Notes under the pieces: generated by a model
Told to the model about the DNA's origin: nothing
Database searches by the model: none
Seen by the model: the letters and a program-made list of their open reading frames with translations, nothing else
Part shown: positions 1 through 9,664 of the stretch, piece after piece
Layout of the letters: each line of letters opens with the position of its first letter
How positions within the stretch are numbered: position 1 is the stretch's first letter
Assembly: GCA_052168235.1 (NCBI GenBank)
Contig: JBQLZK010000056.1
Span: forward strand, 1 to 51,256
Source of the DNA: Thainema sp.
Lineage (GTDB): Bacteria; Cyanobacteriota; Cyanobacteriia; Phormidesmidales; Phormidesmidaceae
Direction: 5' to 3'
Length of the DNA stretch: 51,256 bases
Position numbers and translations under genes: made by a program

Positions 1-4
1 AGCG

Positions 5-36
5 GAAAGGAGCTAATCAGCTGATTAGCTCCTTTC
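5..36. repeat. Perfect 32-bp palindrome GAAAGGAGCTAATCAG|CTGATTAGCTCCTTTC (terminator-like or miniature element)
   Basis: Exact self-complementarity read from the sequence; followed by a T-rich stretch on +. Confidence 0.85.
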
Positions 37-77
37 TTGTTGTTGGTAAGTTGTTAATGGATAGTCGCAACAGACAC

Positions 78-110
78 AAAAAATAAAGCCCGCCCATAGG
101 CGGGAGGGCT
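78..110 (-). terminator. Rho-independent terminator downstream of gltA and the candidate sRNA
   Basis: Minus strand reads CCCGCC-TATG-GGCGGG then CTTTATTTTTT. Confidence 0.75.
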
Positions 111-187
111 CGGAGTTCCTGAAAATCGTCATCTCTAGAATGATGGCAGGTTTACCAGATATGACGCAAGGGGGAATCACCCCTCAT
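78..187 (-). ncRNA. Candidate structured small RNA (~110 nt), family not recognised
   Basis: Extended -10 TGATACAAT (201-193, minus) just after the gltA stop, two internal hairpins (161-187, 118-150) and a terminator. Confidence 0.4.
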
Positions 188-202
188 GAGTGATTGTATC
201 AG

Positions 203-1384
203 TTAGTCTGCCAGCATGTCTGCTAGCAGTGATTGATCTTGGATGGTTTGCCGTTCTTCTACGGGGGTGTAGGGACGGTTACGTGCACCAGTGTAGATTT
301 GAGTGGGGCGGAAAATGCGGTTTTCGCCAAGCTGTTCTTTCCAGTGGGCTAGCCAGCCAGCAACTCGCGCGATCGCAAATACGGGTGTAAATAAGTCAGT
401 CGGAATGCCTAACTTCCTGTAAACCAGGCCAGAATAAAAGTCAACGTTAGGATAAATTCCTTTGTGACCAAGCCTATTCCCAACTACACGTTCGAGCTCA
501 ACTGCAATATCGTAGTATTCGTCTCTGCCGACTTTTTCAAACAGCTTTTCGGCTAAGCTTTGCAGAATGTTGGCTCGTGGGTCTTTGACTTTGTAGACAC
601 GATGGCCGAAGCCCATGATCCGCGATCTCGTTTCCATGCATTTATCAACATAGGCTTCTACATTTTCGACCGAGCCAATTTCTTCGAGCATAGCGATTAC
701 TTCTTCGTTGGCACCACCGTGGAGTGGGCCTGCGAGGGTTCCAACTGCTGAGGCTACTACGGCATATGGATCTGTGAGAGTTGATGCCGTAACCATTGCA
801 GAGAATGTTGATGCATTGATTGTATGTTCGGCATGAAGCGTGAGACAAACGTCGAAAATGTGAGCTGCTAGCGGATCAGGTTCCCGCTCGTTCAGCATGT
901 ATAGAAAATTGGCAGAATAGTCCAAATCATCGCGGGGCTGAATGGGGTCATTCCCCTTGCGCATCATTTGGAATGCTGCCACCATTGTGGGAATTTTAGC
1001 CAGTAGACGTACGACAGCAGCACGGATGTAGGCTGGATCATCTAATGCCCGCTTCGAGTAGAACAACCCTAATGCAGCAGCACAGGCTTGTAGCGAGTCC
1101 ATTGGATGTCCACTTTCAGGGAAACACTTCATCATGTCCCGAATGCGATACTTGAGTCGCCGATGGTAGCGAATTTCATGCTCAAAATCAGCTAAGTCCG
1201 TTTTGGTTGGCAAATGCCCCCAAATCAGAAGATAGGATGTTTCTAAAAACGTGCTGTATTCTGCAAGTTCTTCGATTCGAATGCCGCGATACTCAAGAAC
1301 TCCTTGCTGTCCATCAACAAAGCTAATGCTTGATTGGGTTGCAGGAATGCCCTCTAGACCAGGTTTATATTCACAAAAAGTCAT
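203..1384 (-). CDS. gltA: Citrate synthase
   Basis: HAEHTINAST, GPLHGGAN, GFGHRVYK and PNVDFY motifs. Confidence 0.97.
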   Translation of the reverse strand: MTFCEYKPGLEGIPATQSSISFVDGQQGVLEYRGIRIEELAEYSTFLETSYLLIWGHLPTKTDLADFEHEIRYHRRLKYRIRDMMKCFPESGHPMDSLQACAAALGLFYSKRALDDPAYIRAAVVRLLAKIPTMVAAFQMMRKGNDPIQPRDDLDYSANFLYMLNEREPDPLAAHIFDVCLTLHAEHTINASTFSAMVTASTLTDPYAVVASAVGTLAGPLHGGANEEVIAMLEEIGSVENVEAYVDKCMETRSRIMGFGHRVYKVKDPRANILQSLAEKLFEKVGRDEYYDIAVELERVVGNRLGHKGIYPNVDFYSGLVYRKLGIPTDLFTPVFAIARVAGWLAHWKEQLGENRIFRPTQIYTGARNRPYTPVEERQTIQDQSLLADMLAD

Positions 1385-1676
1385 AGATTCTAACGCTCGC
1401 TCACTCTAAAACCCGTTTGGGGTTTACCAGCCTTTCAGATTCATTCAATAAACGATCCGACAGGAATTTAAATTATGAACCAACCTATGCCCCAAGCGGA
1501 GAAATCATATTGAACATTCAAGATTCCATCCAGCATTTTAAGCTAGAGAGTCTCGAAGAAGAGTGTTGAGCGTGAACTTCTCATCTTAAATCGAACTTAA
1601 ATCTAATGGAATCGCAACTTTAAAGTCAGTCCACTCGTCATTTTGCCCCAAAACCTAGGCAAGTAATGATGAACTG

Positions 1677-3290
1677 TTAAGTTTGGGCCTGAATTAAAGA
1701 TTTAGCAGCGTCTAGAGTATCGGCTTCTGCTACGGGTTTATCGTGTCGCCAGCACAGAATACGAGGGAAGCGGACAGCGATGCCAGATTTATGCCGCTTG
1801 GATTCAGTAATACCTTCAAAGCCAATTTCAAATACATGAGTTGCTTTGACCGATCGGACAGGGCCGAATCGCTCGATTGTGTGGCGACGAATCCATTTAT
1901 CGAGCTGGTTGATTTCGTCATTATCGAGTCCAGAATAAGCTTTGGCGAACGGAACAAGTTCTCCGTCATGCCAAAGGGCAAATGTGTAGTCTGTAAACAG
2001 ATTAGCGCGCTTGCCTGTGCCCGCTTGGGCATAAATCAATACGGCATCAAGGGTCATGGGGTCAACTTTGTATTTCCACCAATAGCCGCGCTTACGACCG
2101 ACTAGATAGGGGCTGTCTTGGGCTTTGAGCATCAGTCCTTCGGCTTGTTCATTGCGCGATCGCAATCTCAAATCTTCCAAATCAGCAAATGACTGGAATT
2201 TGAGTGGTAAAGATTGAGTCAATAGATTAGAGTCAGCTTCTTGTAAAAGATTGGCGAGATGGGATTTGCGATCGCGCAGTGATAGTTCCCGAATATCTTG
2301 TCCTTTATGCTCCAGCAAATCGTAAGCAATGAAGTGCGCTGGGTATTCCGCCATTAGCTTTTTGGACACACTTTTGCGGCCCAAGCGCTTTTGTAGGGCG
2401 TTGAAGTTCATGGGCTGACCATCTTGCCAGCACAGAATTTCGCCATCGAGGACGTAACCGTTAGGAATGGCCGATAGTGCGTAATCGGCTAGTTCCGGAA
2501 ACTGATGGGTAATTAAATCTTCTCCCCGTGACCAGATGAAGACCTGATCGTTGCGCCGAATAACTTGGGCGCGGATGCCGTCCCATTTCCATTCTGCTAA
2601 CCAGTTGGAGAAATGTTCCTCTGCTTGGAATTGTTCTGGTTCAATCTGAGATGCTAGAAAGAACGGGTAGGGTTGGCTCGGAGCCGTTTCAATCTTATCG
2701 GGACTGATTAATTGCTCAAAAAATTCAACGGTTGGCTCAAAGTTGCCCATCAGGCGATGAGTGAGGACAGCAGATGGCAGATCGTATTCAGCTGCTAGTG
2801 CTCGAATTAGTAGCTTGCTAGATACTCCCACTCGAAAGGCTCCCGTCAGCAGTTTGTTGAGAACAAAGACTTCAAACGGTTCTAGCGTGGCCCACCAGGA
2901 CAGGACGAGTGCGCGGATTTCTTCGTCTGTCTCCATCTGTTTGACTTGAGGAATTACAGATTCCATCCATTCATGCAGCGGCAGATCAAGCGCGTCTTGT
3001 TTCTCCAGTGGCGTATCTTGTAGGAGCAGCGCAATGGTTTCGGCAGTGTCACCTACGTGGCGATAGCAGTCGTCAAACAGCCAATCGGAAATTTGGGCGA
3101 CCGATAAGTAAATATCTTGCAGCACACGAGAGGTAATCAGTCGTCGTCGGGTTTTGCCTAGAAATAAATAGATTGCCCAAACCGCGTTTGCTGGGGATTC
3201 ATCGCGAAAATAGGCTTGCAAGGCGGCAATTTTGGCATTGGTGGATGTCGTCGCGTCGATTTGCTGGAATAGTTGAGCGAATCGTTTCAT
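1677..3290 (-). CDS. ATP-dependent DNA ligase (LigB-like, DNA-damage-associated type)
   Basis: Motif I EWKWDGIR, LDGEI, FIAYD, EGLMLK, WWKYK; OB-fold end RFPRI..WRHDK. Confidence 0.93.
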   Translation of the reverse strand: MKRFAQLFQQIDATTSTNAKIAALQAYFRDESPANAVWAIYLFLGKTRRRLITSRVLQDIYLSVAQISDWLFDDCYRHVGDTAETIALLLQDTPLEKQDALDLPLHEWMESVIPQVKQMETDEEIRALVLSWWATLEPFEVFVLNKLLTGAFRVGVSSKLLIRALAAEYDLPSAVLTHRLMGNFEPTVEFFEQLISPDKIETAPSQPYPFFLASQIEPEQFQAEEHFSNWLAEWKWDGIRAQVIRRNDQVFIWSRGEDLITHQFPELADYALSAIPNGYVLDGEILCWQDGQPMNFNALQKRLGRKSVSKKLMAEYPAHFIAYDLLEHKGQDIRELSLRDRKSHLANLLQEADSNLLTQSLPLKFQSFADLEDLRLRSRNEQAEGLMLKAQDSPYLVGRKRGYWWKYKVDPMTLDAVLIYAQAGTGKRANLFTDYTFALWHDGELVPFAKAYSGLDNDEINQLDKWIRRHTIERFGPVRSVKATHVFEIGFEGITESKRHKSGIAVRFPRILCWRHDKPVAEADTLDAAKSLIQAQT

Positions 3291-3305
3291 GTTGAATTAG
3301 TCAGT

Positions 3306-3381
3306 GGGAGGGAGTAGGGGGAGCAGGGGGAGAAAGGGAGTAGGGGAGAAAGGGAGTAGGGGAGAAAGGGAGTAGGGGAGA
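3306..3381 (+). repeat. G-rich tandem repeat with three exact copies of GGGGAGAAAGGGAGTA (3327-3374) and degenerate flanks
   Basis: Read directly from the sequence; lies in the 122-bp divergent intergenic gap. Confidence 0.9.
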
Positions 3382-3412
3382 GATGGTTGGATTGTTTCTT
3401 TTACTGTAGACA

Positions 3413-5008
3413 ATGATTTGGGGAGGTGTCGGGATTGGTGTTTCGTCGTCTCAACAGCATCAAATCAGTACTCTAAATCGCAGAGCGCCTGCAACAATGG
3501 GAAGGTCGCCAAGGATTCTGAGAATTTTGCTGAATACGTTTGGGTTACTGCCACTTGAACTGAAACAGTGGCTAGAGCAAATTGAAATTGCCTCCAGATC
3601 TATTGCTGAACGGCTTGACCAGATTTTATTTTTCAGTATTGGCGGTATGCCGCTGATTATTTTGTGGATTGTTGGGGCGGCTGTCTTCTTTACGCTGAGA
3701 CTCGGATTTATCAATTTGCGAGCGTTTGGTCATGCGATCGCAGTTTTACGGGGACAGTATGACGATCCGGACGATGAAGGTGAGGTTTCGCACTTTCAGG
3801 CGTTAGCTACGGCATTATCCGCGACTGTTGGATTGGGCAATATTGCCGGAGTTGCGATCGCGATTTCTCTAGGTGGGCCGGGAGCCGTGGTGTGGATGAC
3901 GCTGGGTGGGTTCCTGGGCATGAGCAGCAAGTTTGTTGAATGCACGTTGGCTCAGCAGTATCGCCAGGTGCGGCCTGATGGCACTGTAGCTGGTGGCCCG
4001 ATGTATTACCTGTCTGAAGGATTAGCAAAGCAAGGTTTTCCGCGCGTCGGTAAAGTGTTAGCCGGAATCTTTGCGCTGCTAGCTGTGGGCGGTGGTTTTG
4101 GCGGTGGAAATTTATTTCAAGCGAATCAGTCCTACAGCGTGATTGCTCGTGTCATACCCACTCTGCCGGATTGGGGCTACGGTTTAGGGTTAACGCTGCT
4201 TACTGCACTGGTGATCTTGGGCGGGATTACCCGCATTGGTCGAGTGGCGGCAGCATTGATTCCGGCTCTGTGCGCGGTATATGCGATCGCAGCCCTGTGG
4301 GTACTGATCGTCAACGTCACAGCAATTCCGGCTGCTGTGGCTACGATTATTCACAGCGCATTTTCACCAACAGCGGTCGAGGGGGGAGCCATTGGCGTGA
4401 TGGTGCAAGGATTACGTTGGTCAGTGTTTTCCAACGGGGCGGGTACAGGATCGGCTGCGATCGCACATGCGGCGGCTCGAACTAAGGAACCTGTGCGAGA
4501 AGGCATTGTTGCCATGCTAGAGCCATTTATTGATACCGTCGTGATTTGCAACATGACGGCACTGGTGATTATTACGACAGGTACCTATGCGTTACCACAA
4601 GCGGCTAATTTAGAAGGCGCAGAGTTAACGGCGGCAGCGTTTGGCAGCGTGATTAGCTGGTTTCCCAGCGTACTTGCGATCGCGGTTTTCTTCTTTGCCT
4701 TCTCCACCATCATGTCCTGGGGCTACTACGGCGAACAGGCGTGGGTCTATCTATTTTGCGATCGCAGCATTCCGATTTACAAAATGCTCTTTCTAATCAC
4801 GGTTTTTCTCGGAGCTACCAGTACGGCTGGTGCCGCCATCATGATTGGCAATAGTCTAACGTTGGCTATGGCTGTGCCCAACTTATTGGGTGGCTATTGG
4901 TTGCTGAGTCAAATTATGGTCAGCCTAAATGACTATACGAGTCGTTATCACAAAGGAGCAACACAAGCTATTCGACCTTTAGCTCAACCCAAACATGACG
5001 CAAAATAG
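3413..5008 (+). CDS. Sodium:alanine/glycine symporter (AGCS family); start uncertain, possibly downstream
   Basis: SHFQALATALSATVGLGNIAGVA, GGPGAV.WM, GGPMYYL, LEPFIDT..IC motifs; many TM helices. Confidence 0.92.
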   Translation: MIWGGVGIGVSSSQQHQISTLNRRAPATMGRSPRILRILLNTFGLLPLELKQWLEQIEIASRSIAERLDQILFFSIGGMPLIILWIVGAAVFFTLRLGFINLRAFGHAIAVLRGQYDDPDDEGEVSHFQALATALSATVGLGNIAGVAIAISLGGPGAVVWMTLGGFLGMSSKFVECTLAQQYRQVRPDGTVAGGPMYYLSEGLAKQGFPRVGKVLAGIFALLAVGGGFGGGNLFQANQSYSVIARVIPTLPDWGYGLGLTLLTALVILGGITRIGRVAAALIPALCAVYAIAALWVLIVNVTAIPAAVATIIHSAFSPTAVEGGAIGVMVQGLRWSVFSNGAGTGSAAIAHAAARTKEPVREGIVAMLEPFIDTVVICNMTALVIITTGTYALPQAANLEGAELTAAAFGSVISWFPSVLAIAVFFFAFSTIMSWGYYGEQAWVYLFCDRSIPIYKMLFLITVFLGATSTAGAAIMIGNSLTLAMAVPNLLGGYWLLSQIMVSLNDYTSRYHKGATQAIRPLAQPKHDAK

Positions 5009-5041
5009 TTCAACGTGATGAGCTGAAATAGCCTATTTGTT

Positions 5042-5980
5042 CTATGAATTTTCTTTGTGCTGTTTCATGATCCGTGCAGCCTGTCTTGTCCAAGCCAGAG
5101 TATAGCTATTGTTAAATCGTTCATGTAGAAGCTTGATCTGAAACCAGTATTTTCTGGCTAAAAGATACTGGATTTCTGACGGGATTTCTTGCTCGTTTTT
5201 GTGAGATGCATTGACCTTTGCCTTTAAATCATCATAATGCTGATATTTTTCGAAGTTGACACCAAGAAAACGAAAAATATCAACAATAAAATTTCCAGGC
5301 CGATAGATGACATCTTCATAAAATCCAATAAAAATTTGCTCTTTTGGAAAAATCTGTTCCCACTTTTCCAAAATCTGTAAATAGTCACCTCGCATGGATT
5401 GGGTTGGGCCGTTAATTAATCCTTTGACCTTTTCTAAATCATTAATGCCCTGAAAGCGTTTTTGTAGAGCCTCGTAGCAGATATAAGACCAGGCCCGATC
5501 CATCGGATTGCGCAGAATCAGAATGATTTTGATATTTGGAAAAAGTTCCTTGATGTGGACAATATCATCATTGTCTAGTATTGAATATGCAGGTGTGATA
5601 TCTCCTTTGATTTTGTCTTTTCCGGGCTTGAAGAGAGATTGATACCAGTTATCATCAACTCGCCCAAATAAATATTTGGAAAACCATTTGATTGTACCCC
5701 AATCCTTATTAGATAGAGCTTCAGGCATGGTTTCAGTTAAATGCCTTTGCAGAATCCGCCGAAATTTTATGTTGTGATGATCTTTGTTGAACGCCCGGCT
5801 GAAAAAGTATTTTTCTGACAAATAGCTGGGTGAGTGGTATTTGGGAGAACGGTCAAAATAGTGGAGTTCTTTAACAGGAGGAAGCCAGATGCCAGGATGT
5901 TTGCGTAAGTTTGACCATAACCAAGTTGATGCACCTCGCTGGACACCAATTCCTAAGAAATCTACTGTGATTTGAGCCAT
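5042..5980 (-). CDS. Sulfotransferase family protein
   Basis: 5'-PSB-like GIGVQRGASTWL, KELHYFD, 3'-PB ILRNPMDRAWS; AT-rich. Confidence 0.85.
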   Translation of the reverse strand: MAQITVDFLGIGVQRGASTWLWSNLRKHPGIWLPPVKELHYFDRSPKYHSPSYLSEKYFFSRAFNKDHHNIKFRRILQRHLTETMPEALSNKDWGTIKWFSKYLFGRVDDNWYQSLFKPGKDKIKGDITPAYSILDNDDIVHIKELFPNIKIILILRNPMDRAWSYICYEALQKRFQGINDLEKVKGLINGPTQSMRGDYLQILEKWEQIFPKEQIFIGFYEDVIYRPGNFIVDIFRFLGVNFEKYQHYDDLKAKVNASHKNEQEIPSEIQYLLARKYWFQIKLLHERFNNSYTLAWTRQAARIMKQHKENS

Positions 5981-6046
5981 CGTAAGCTAGATTCTGACCG
6001 TTATTTACTCATTAATTCAACCTGTATTATACGGACTTCTGTCCCC

Positions 6047-7483
6047 CTACTCACAATCTTCGCGTCGGGCCTCAATTCTTGCCCTTAATTCCTCTGTGAT
6101 TCCCAACTTTGCGGTTCGATACAACCGCTCAAACTCTCGCTCATAATGTGCTGCTACGGTGGGGCTGCCAATGACGATCAAGTTTTCATCGTTACTTTGA
6201 TTGGCCGCATCGCTAAAGTTTTGGGAACCAATGACTACCGTTTTCCCATCTACTACGCCAAATTTGTGGTGCAGCACATCCCCCGGTGCTAGCGTTGGCA
6301 CTCCCACTGTTGAAATCGGGGTAATCCAAGGCCGATTGTCCTCCTCATACTTACAGCGATTATTTGGCATCGCTGTTCCCAGCATGTCCAGCGCTTCGCT
6401 ATAGTCTCGATAAGCAAATCCGGGTTCAATCAGCGCTCGTACTTCAACCCCCTGCCGCGATCGCATTTCCAATTCATCAGCAATGGCCTGATCTGAAAAC
6501 ACAAACAGCGCCAAATCAATCTGATCTTGTCCTGATCGGAACGATCGCGCGATTAAACCATTCACGCTTTCTTGCCAGTCGCGGCTTGATGATGTGGGCG
6601 AAAACTGCACATCCACTGTTGTCCCGCTGGGCAATGTTACCCGCCGTGCTGGTCGAAATGGCTTTTGCAAACCAAAAAGACTGTCCGCCTCTCCGCCTGG
6701 GCCATCACCCCAGAGATAGGCAAACTCCTGTGTAAAGATCTGCGCCACTTCTGTACTGTTAATCACTACAATGCTGTTGGCGTTGCCCACACTGGCGGCG
6801 GAGTCCGGATCGCCATGAGTCCCGCTAGTCGTGAAATTCGTCGATCCTGTCAGCACTGTTTTGCCGTCCACGATAATGATTTTGTGGTGCATTAGGTCGC
6901 TGCCCTTGGAACCGTCTGCCGTGTCATCAATTAGCGGCACATTGGCATCTCGCAGAATGCGCAGGGCATCGAATTCACTGCTTTCCTGCTCGCTCACCTG
7001 GCCGTCCTGATTTTGATCTGCTAGCAGGACAAACTCTTCGTACTTGTTGCGATCGCGATCGGTCAGTTCAGCCAAATCCGCCTCGGTGACATCACTCCAG
7101 GCGCGACTGTAGTCATGCTCAATCACGACTCGCACCCGCACACCAGCTCGATGTTTATCACGCAGCGCCTGCGCCACGCGAGGAAGTCTTATTTCCTGAA
7201 TGGCAATATCGACAGATGTTTCCGCCTGATTGATCGTGTCAACAATTACCTGTTCTAGGTCGTCGCCAAAGCGCGTCTTGCCGCGATAGGGTTCTGTATA
7301 GACATTGGCCTCGGACTGGTTGAAATATACCTGCACATAGGGATCTTGCGGCAGCGGTTCCACCAGAGGGGCCAGCGTCGCCGCCTCTGGAGCCTGTCGC
7401 CAGAGCATGGCCCCCCCAATTAGCGCTGCTACTGCAACCGCTGGTACTCCTGCCCGCACTGCATACTGACGAACCTGATTCAT
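6047..7483 (-). CDS. Phospholipase D-superfamily nuclease-like protein (cyanobacterial ComA-like, no C-terminal HhH)
   Basis: Two HxK(x4)D motifs (HHKIIIVD, HHKFGVVD), N-terminal membrane anchor, EF-hand-like DQNQDGQVS. Confidence 0.85.
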   Translation of the reverse strand: MNQVRQYAVRAGVPAVAVAALIGGAMLWRQAPEAATLAPLVEPLPQDPYVQVYFNQSEANVYTEPYRGKTRFGDDLEQVIVDTINQAETSVDIAIQEIRLPRVAQALRDKHRAGVRVRVVIEHDYSRAWSDVTEADLAELTDRDRNKYEEFVLLADQNQDGQVSEQESSEFDALRILRDANVPLIDDTADGSKGSDLMHHKIIIVDGKTVLTGSTNFTTSGTHGDPDSAASVGNANSIVVINSTEVAQIFTQEFAYLWGDGPGGEADSLFGLQKPFRPARRVTLPSGTTVDVQFSPTSSSRDWQESVNGLIARSFRSGQDQIDLALFVFSDQAIADELEMRSRQGVEVRALIEPGFAYRDYSEALDMLGTAMPNNRCKYEEDNRPWITPISTVGVPTLAPGDVLHHKFGVVDGKTVVIGSQNFSDAANQSNDENLIVIGSPTVAAHYEREFERLYRTAKLGITEELRARIEARREDCE

Positions 7484-7580
7484 AGCTAGACCCTGATGTG
7501 TAAAGGCTTTAGGTTAAACGTCTCGCTACATGACGGTTGCGATCGCAGTTTTAACCTGATGCTTGTATACCCAATTTCCT

Positions 7581-8687
7581 TCACAGAATCTCTAACGGTT
7601 TCGCCTCGCCGTAAACCTGCTGATAGTAATCTTGATACTCCGCTGATAGCAGCGGCTGCCACCAGTCTGGATGATCTAAGTACCACTGGATTGTACGACT
7701 GATCCCCTCCGCCAGCGTCACCGTCGGCTGCCAGCCCAGTTCCGTCTGAATCTTACTGCTGTCGATGGCATAGCGGCGATCATGTCCGGGGCGATCCTTG
7801 ACAAACATGATCAGCGATCGCACAGGCCGCACGGGTAACTCATCGGCCAATTCCTCCATGCGATCGCACAGTAGTTCCACCAAATCGATATTCTTCACCT
7901 CACTATTGCCGCCCACCGCATAGGTTTCGCCGATGCGACCCTGATGAATCACCCGATCAATGGCGCGGCAGTGGTCTTCCACATAGAGCCAGTCGCGCAC
8001 GTTCTGTCCATCCCCATACACGGGCAGTGGCTTGCCCAGCAGCATATTGATGCACATCAGCGGAATCAGCTTTTCTGGAAAGTGGTACGGCCCATAGTTA
8101 TTGGAGCAGTTAGTCATCAGCGTCGGCAGGCCGTAGGTGTGATGATAGGCCCGTACCAGATGATCGCTGCCCGCTTTAGAGGCCGAATAGGGACTGTTGG
8201 GTGCGTAGGGCGTCGTTTCGGAAAAGGGTGGATCGGTGGGACTCAAACTGCCGTAGACTTCGTCTGTGGAAACGTGATGAAAGCGATAGCGATCCGGCTG
8301 GTTCGCGTTCAACCAGTGCTGGCGAAACGCCTCCAGCAGCGTAAACGTGCCGACTACGTTAGTTTGAATAAACGCGCTTGGCCCCAAAATGGAGCGATCG
8401 ACATGGGATTCGGCAGCAAAATGAACCAGGGTATCGATTTGTTCGGTTTCTAGGAGGGAATTGAGGAGAGTGCGATCGCAGATATCGCCTTGCACGAAAC
8501 GAAACTGCGGCAGGGTTTCCAATTCGGCTAAGTTAGCGCGATTGCCCGCATAGGTCAGCGCATCCAGCACCACTAGCCGATCCGTGGGATACTGTTGCTG
8601 CCAATAATGCACAAAATTAGAGCCAATAAACCCGGCTCCCCCCGTAACCAAAACCCGTCGCTGTTGCCTACTCATGCTGTTGCTCAT
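7581..8687 (-). CDS. rfbB: dTDP-glucose 4,6-dehydratase
   Basis: [43 protein letters not shown]. Confidence 0.96.
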   Translation of the reverse strand: MSNSMSRQQRRVLVTGGAGFIGSNFVHYWQQQYPTDRLVVLDALTYAGNRANLAELETLPQFRFVQGDICDRTLLNSLLETEQIDTLVHFAAESHVDRSILGPSAFIQTNVVGTFTLLEAFRQHWLNANQPDRYRFHHVSTDEVYGSLSPTDPPFSETTPYAPNSPYSASKAGSDHLVRAYHHTYGLPTLMTNCSNNYGPYHFPEKLIPLMCINMLLGKPLPVYGDGQNVRDWLYVEDHCRAIDRVIHQGRIGETYAVGGNSEVKNIDLVELLCDRMEELADELPVRPVRSLIMFVKDRPGHDRRYAIDSSKIQTELGWQPTVTLAEGISRTIQWYLDHPDWWQPLLSAEYQDYYQQVYGEAKPLEIL

Positions 8688-8705
8688 GCTCTTCTACGAT
8701 TTCAG

Positions 8706-8750
8706 TTGAGATGTTGTGTTGGGTGTGAAACCCCCAACACAACATCTCAA
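8706..8750. repeat. Inverted repeat with an 18-bp perfect outer stem (21 bp with one mismatch) centred on a GAA triloop
   Basis: TTGAGATGTTGTGTTGGG...CCCAACACAACATCTCAA between divergent genes. Confidence 0.85.
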
Positions 8751-8767
8751 TCTTTAAGGACTAACCC

Positions 8768-9646
8768 ATGATCTACTTTGTCACGGTTAATTACTACTCC
8801 ACCGAACTGATTAAACAACTGCTGGCGTCGCTGCGGGTAACGGCAGATGATCGGTGTCAGGTGGTGATTGTGAATAACTCGCCGGACGATTGCTCGGTGG
8901 ATGGATTGGCGGAACCGGGCTGGGTGACGGTGCTAACAGCAGAGCGGAATCTGGGTTTTGGCGGCGGCTGCAATCTGGGTATGCGGTATGTGTACGAACA
9001 AGACCCGCAGGCCATGATCTGGCTGATTAACCCTGACGCGGAGCTGGTGCCGGATGCAGTGGCCTATGTGCGGCAGTGCTTAGCGGCGGAACCGGACATC
9101 GCCATTTTGGGCACGCGCATTCAGGATCTCAACGGTCGGCTCTGGTTCAGTCGCGGCACGTTTAATCCTTGGCTGGGTTCGCTGAAGCATCGGTTTGAGG
9201 ATATAGACACGACGGTACAGCCACCAGTAACAGAAGCAACGGAATGGGTATCGGGATGCAGCATGATTTTCAATTTGGCGGCGTTTGAAACCTGTCCGCT
9301 GTTTGATCGGCAGTATTTTCTGGACTACGAAGACGCGGAAATCAGCTACCGTTACCTGCGACAAGGTAAGCAAGTGCGGGTAACGCGAGCGGTGCTGGTG
9401 CATCATCAGGTGTCAGCCATTACGGGCCGCAATGTCAGCTTCAAGTTTCGCCACGCCACGTTTAGCAAGCTCTATTTTCTGCACCAGTATGGGACACCGC
9501 TAGCGCTGGGGTTTAACCTGGTCTACACGCTGGGGAAGGTTCTGTTGCGCTTGCCGAGCCAGCCTCAAATTGCACGAGGCCGCTGGCAAGGTTTTCTGGA
9601 GTTTTTGAACCGCTGGCGACAGGGTTTTCCGATAAGGATCTTGTAA
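8768..9646 (+). CDS. Glycosyltransferase family 2 (rhamnosyltransferase-like)
   Basis: VTVNY, NLGFGGGCNLG, LINPD, WVSGC, YFLDYED; divergent from rfbB. Confidence 0.88.
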   Translation: MIYFVTVNYYSTELIKQLLASLRVTADDRCQVVIVNNSPDDCSVDGLAEPGWVTVLTAERNLGFGGGCNLGMRYVYEQDPQAMIWLINPDAELVPDAVAYVRQCLAAEPDIAILGTRIQDLNGRLWFSRGTFNPWLGSLKHRFEDIDTTVQPPVTEATEWVSGCSMIFNLAAFETCPLFDRQYFLDYEDAEISYRYLRQGKQVRVTRAVLVHHQVSAITGRNVSFKFRHATFSKLYFLHQYGTPLALGFNLVYTLGKVLLRLPSQPQIARGRWQGFLEFLNRWRQGFPIRIL

Positions 9647-9664
9647 TAATTCCTATGTATTTCT

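Noticed and set aside
60..200. Known riboswitch (TPP, fluoride, guanidine, glutamine) or SRP/6S RNA
   Set aside because: Diagnostic conserved nucleotides were not found; kept only as an unassigned sRNA candidate
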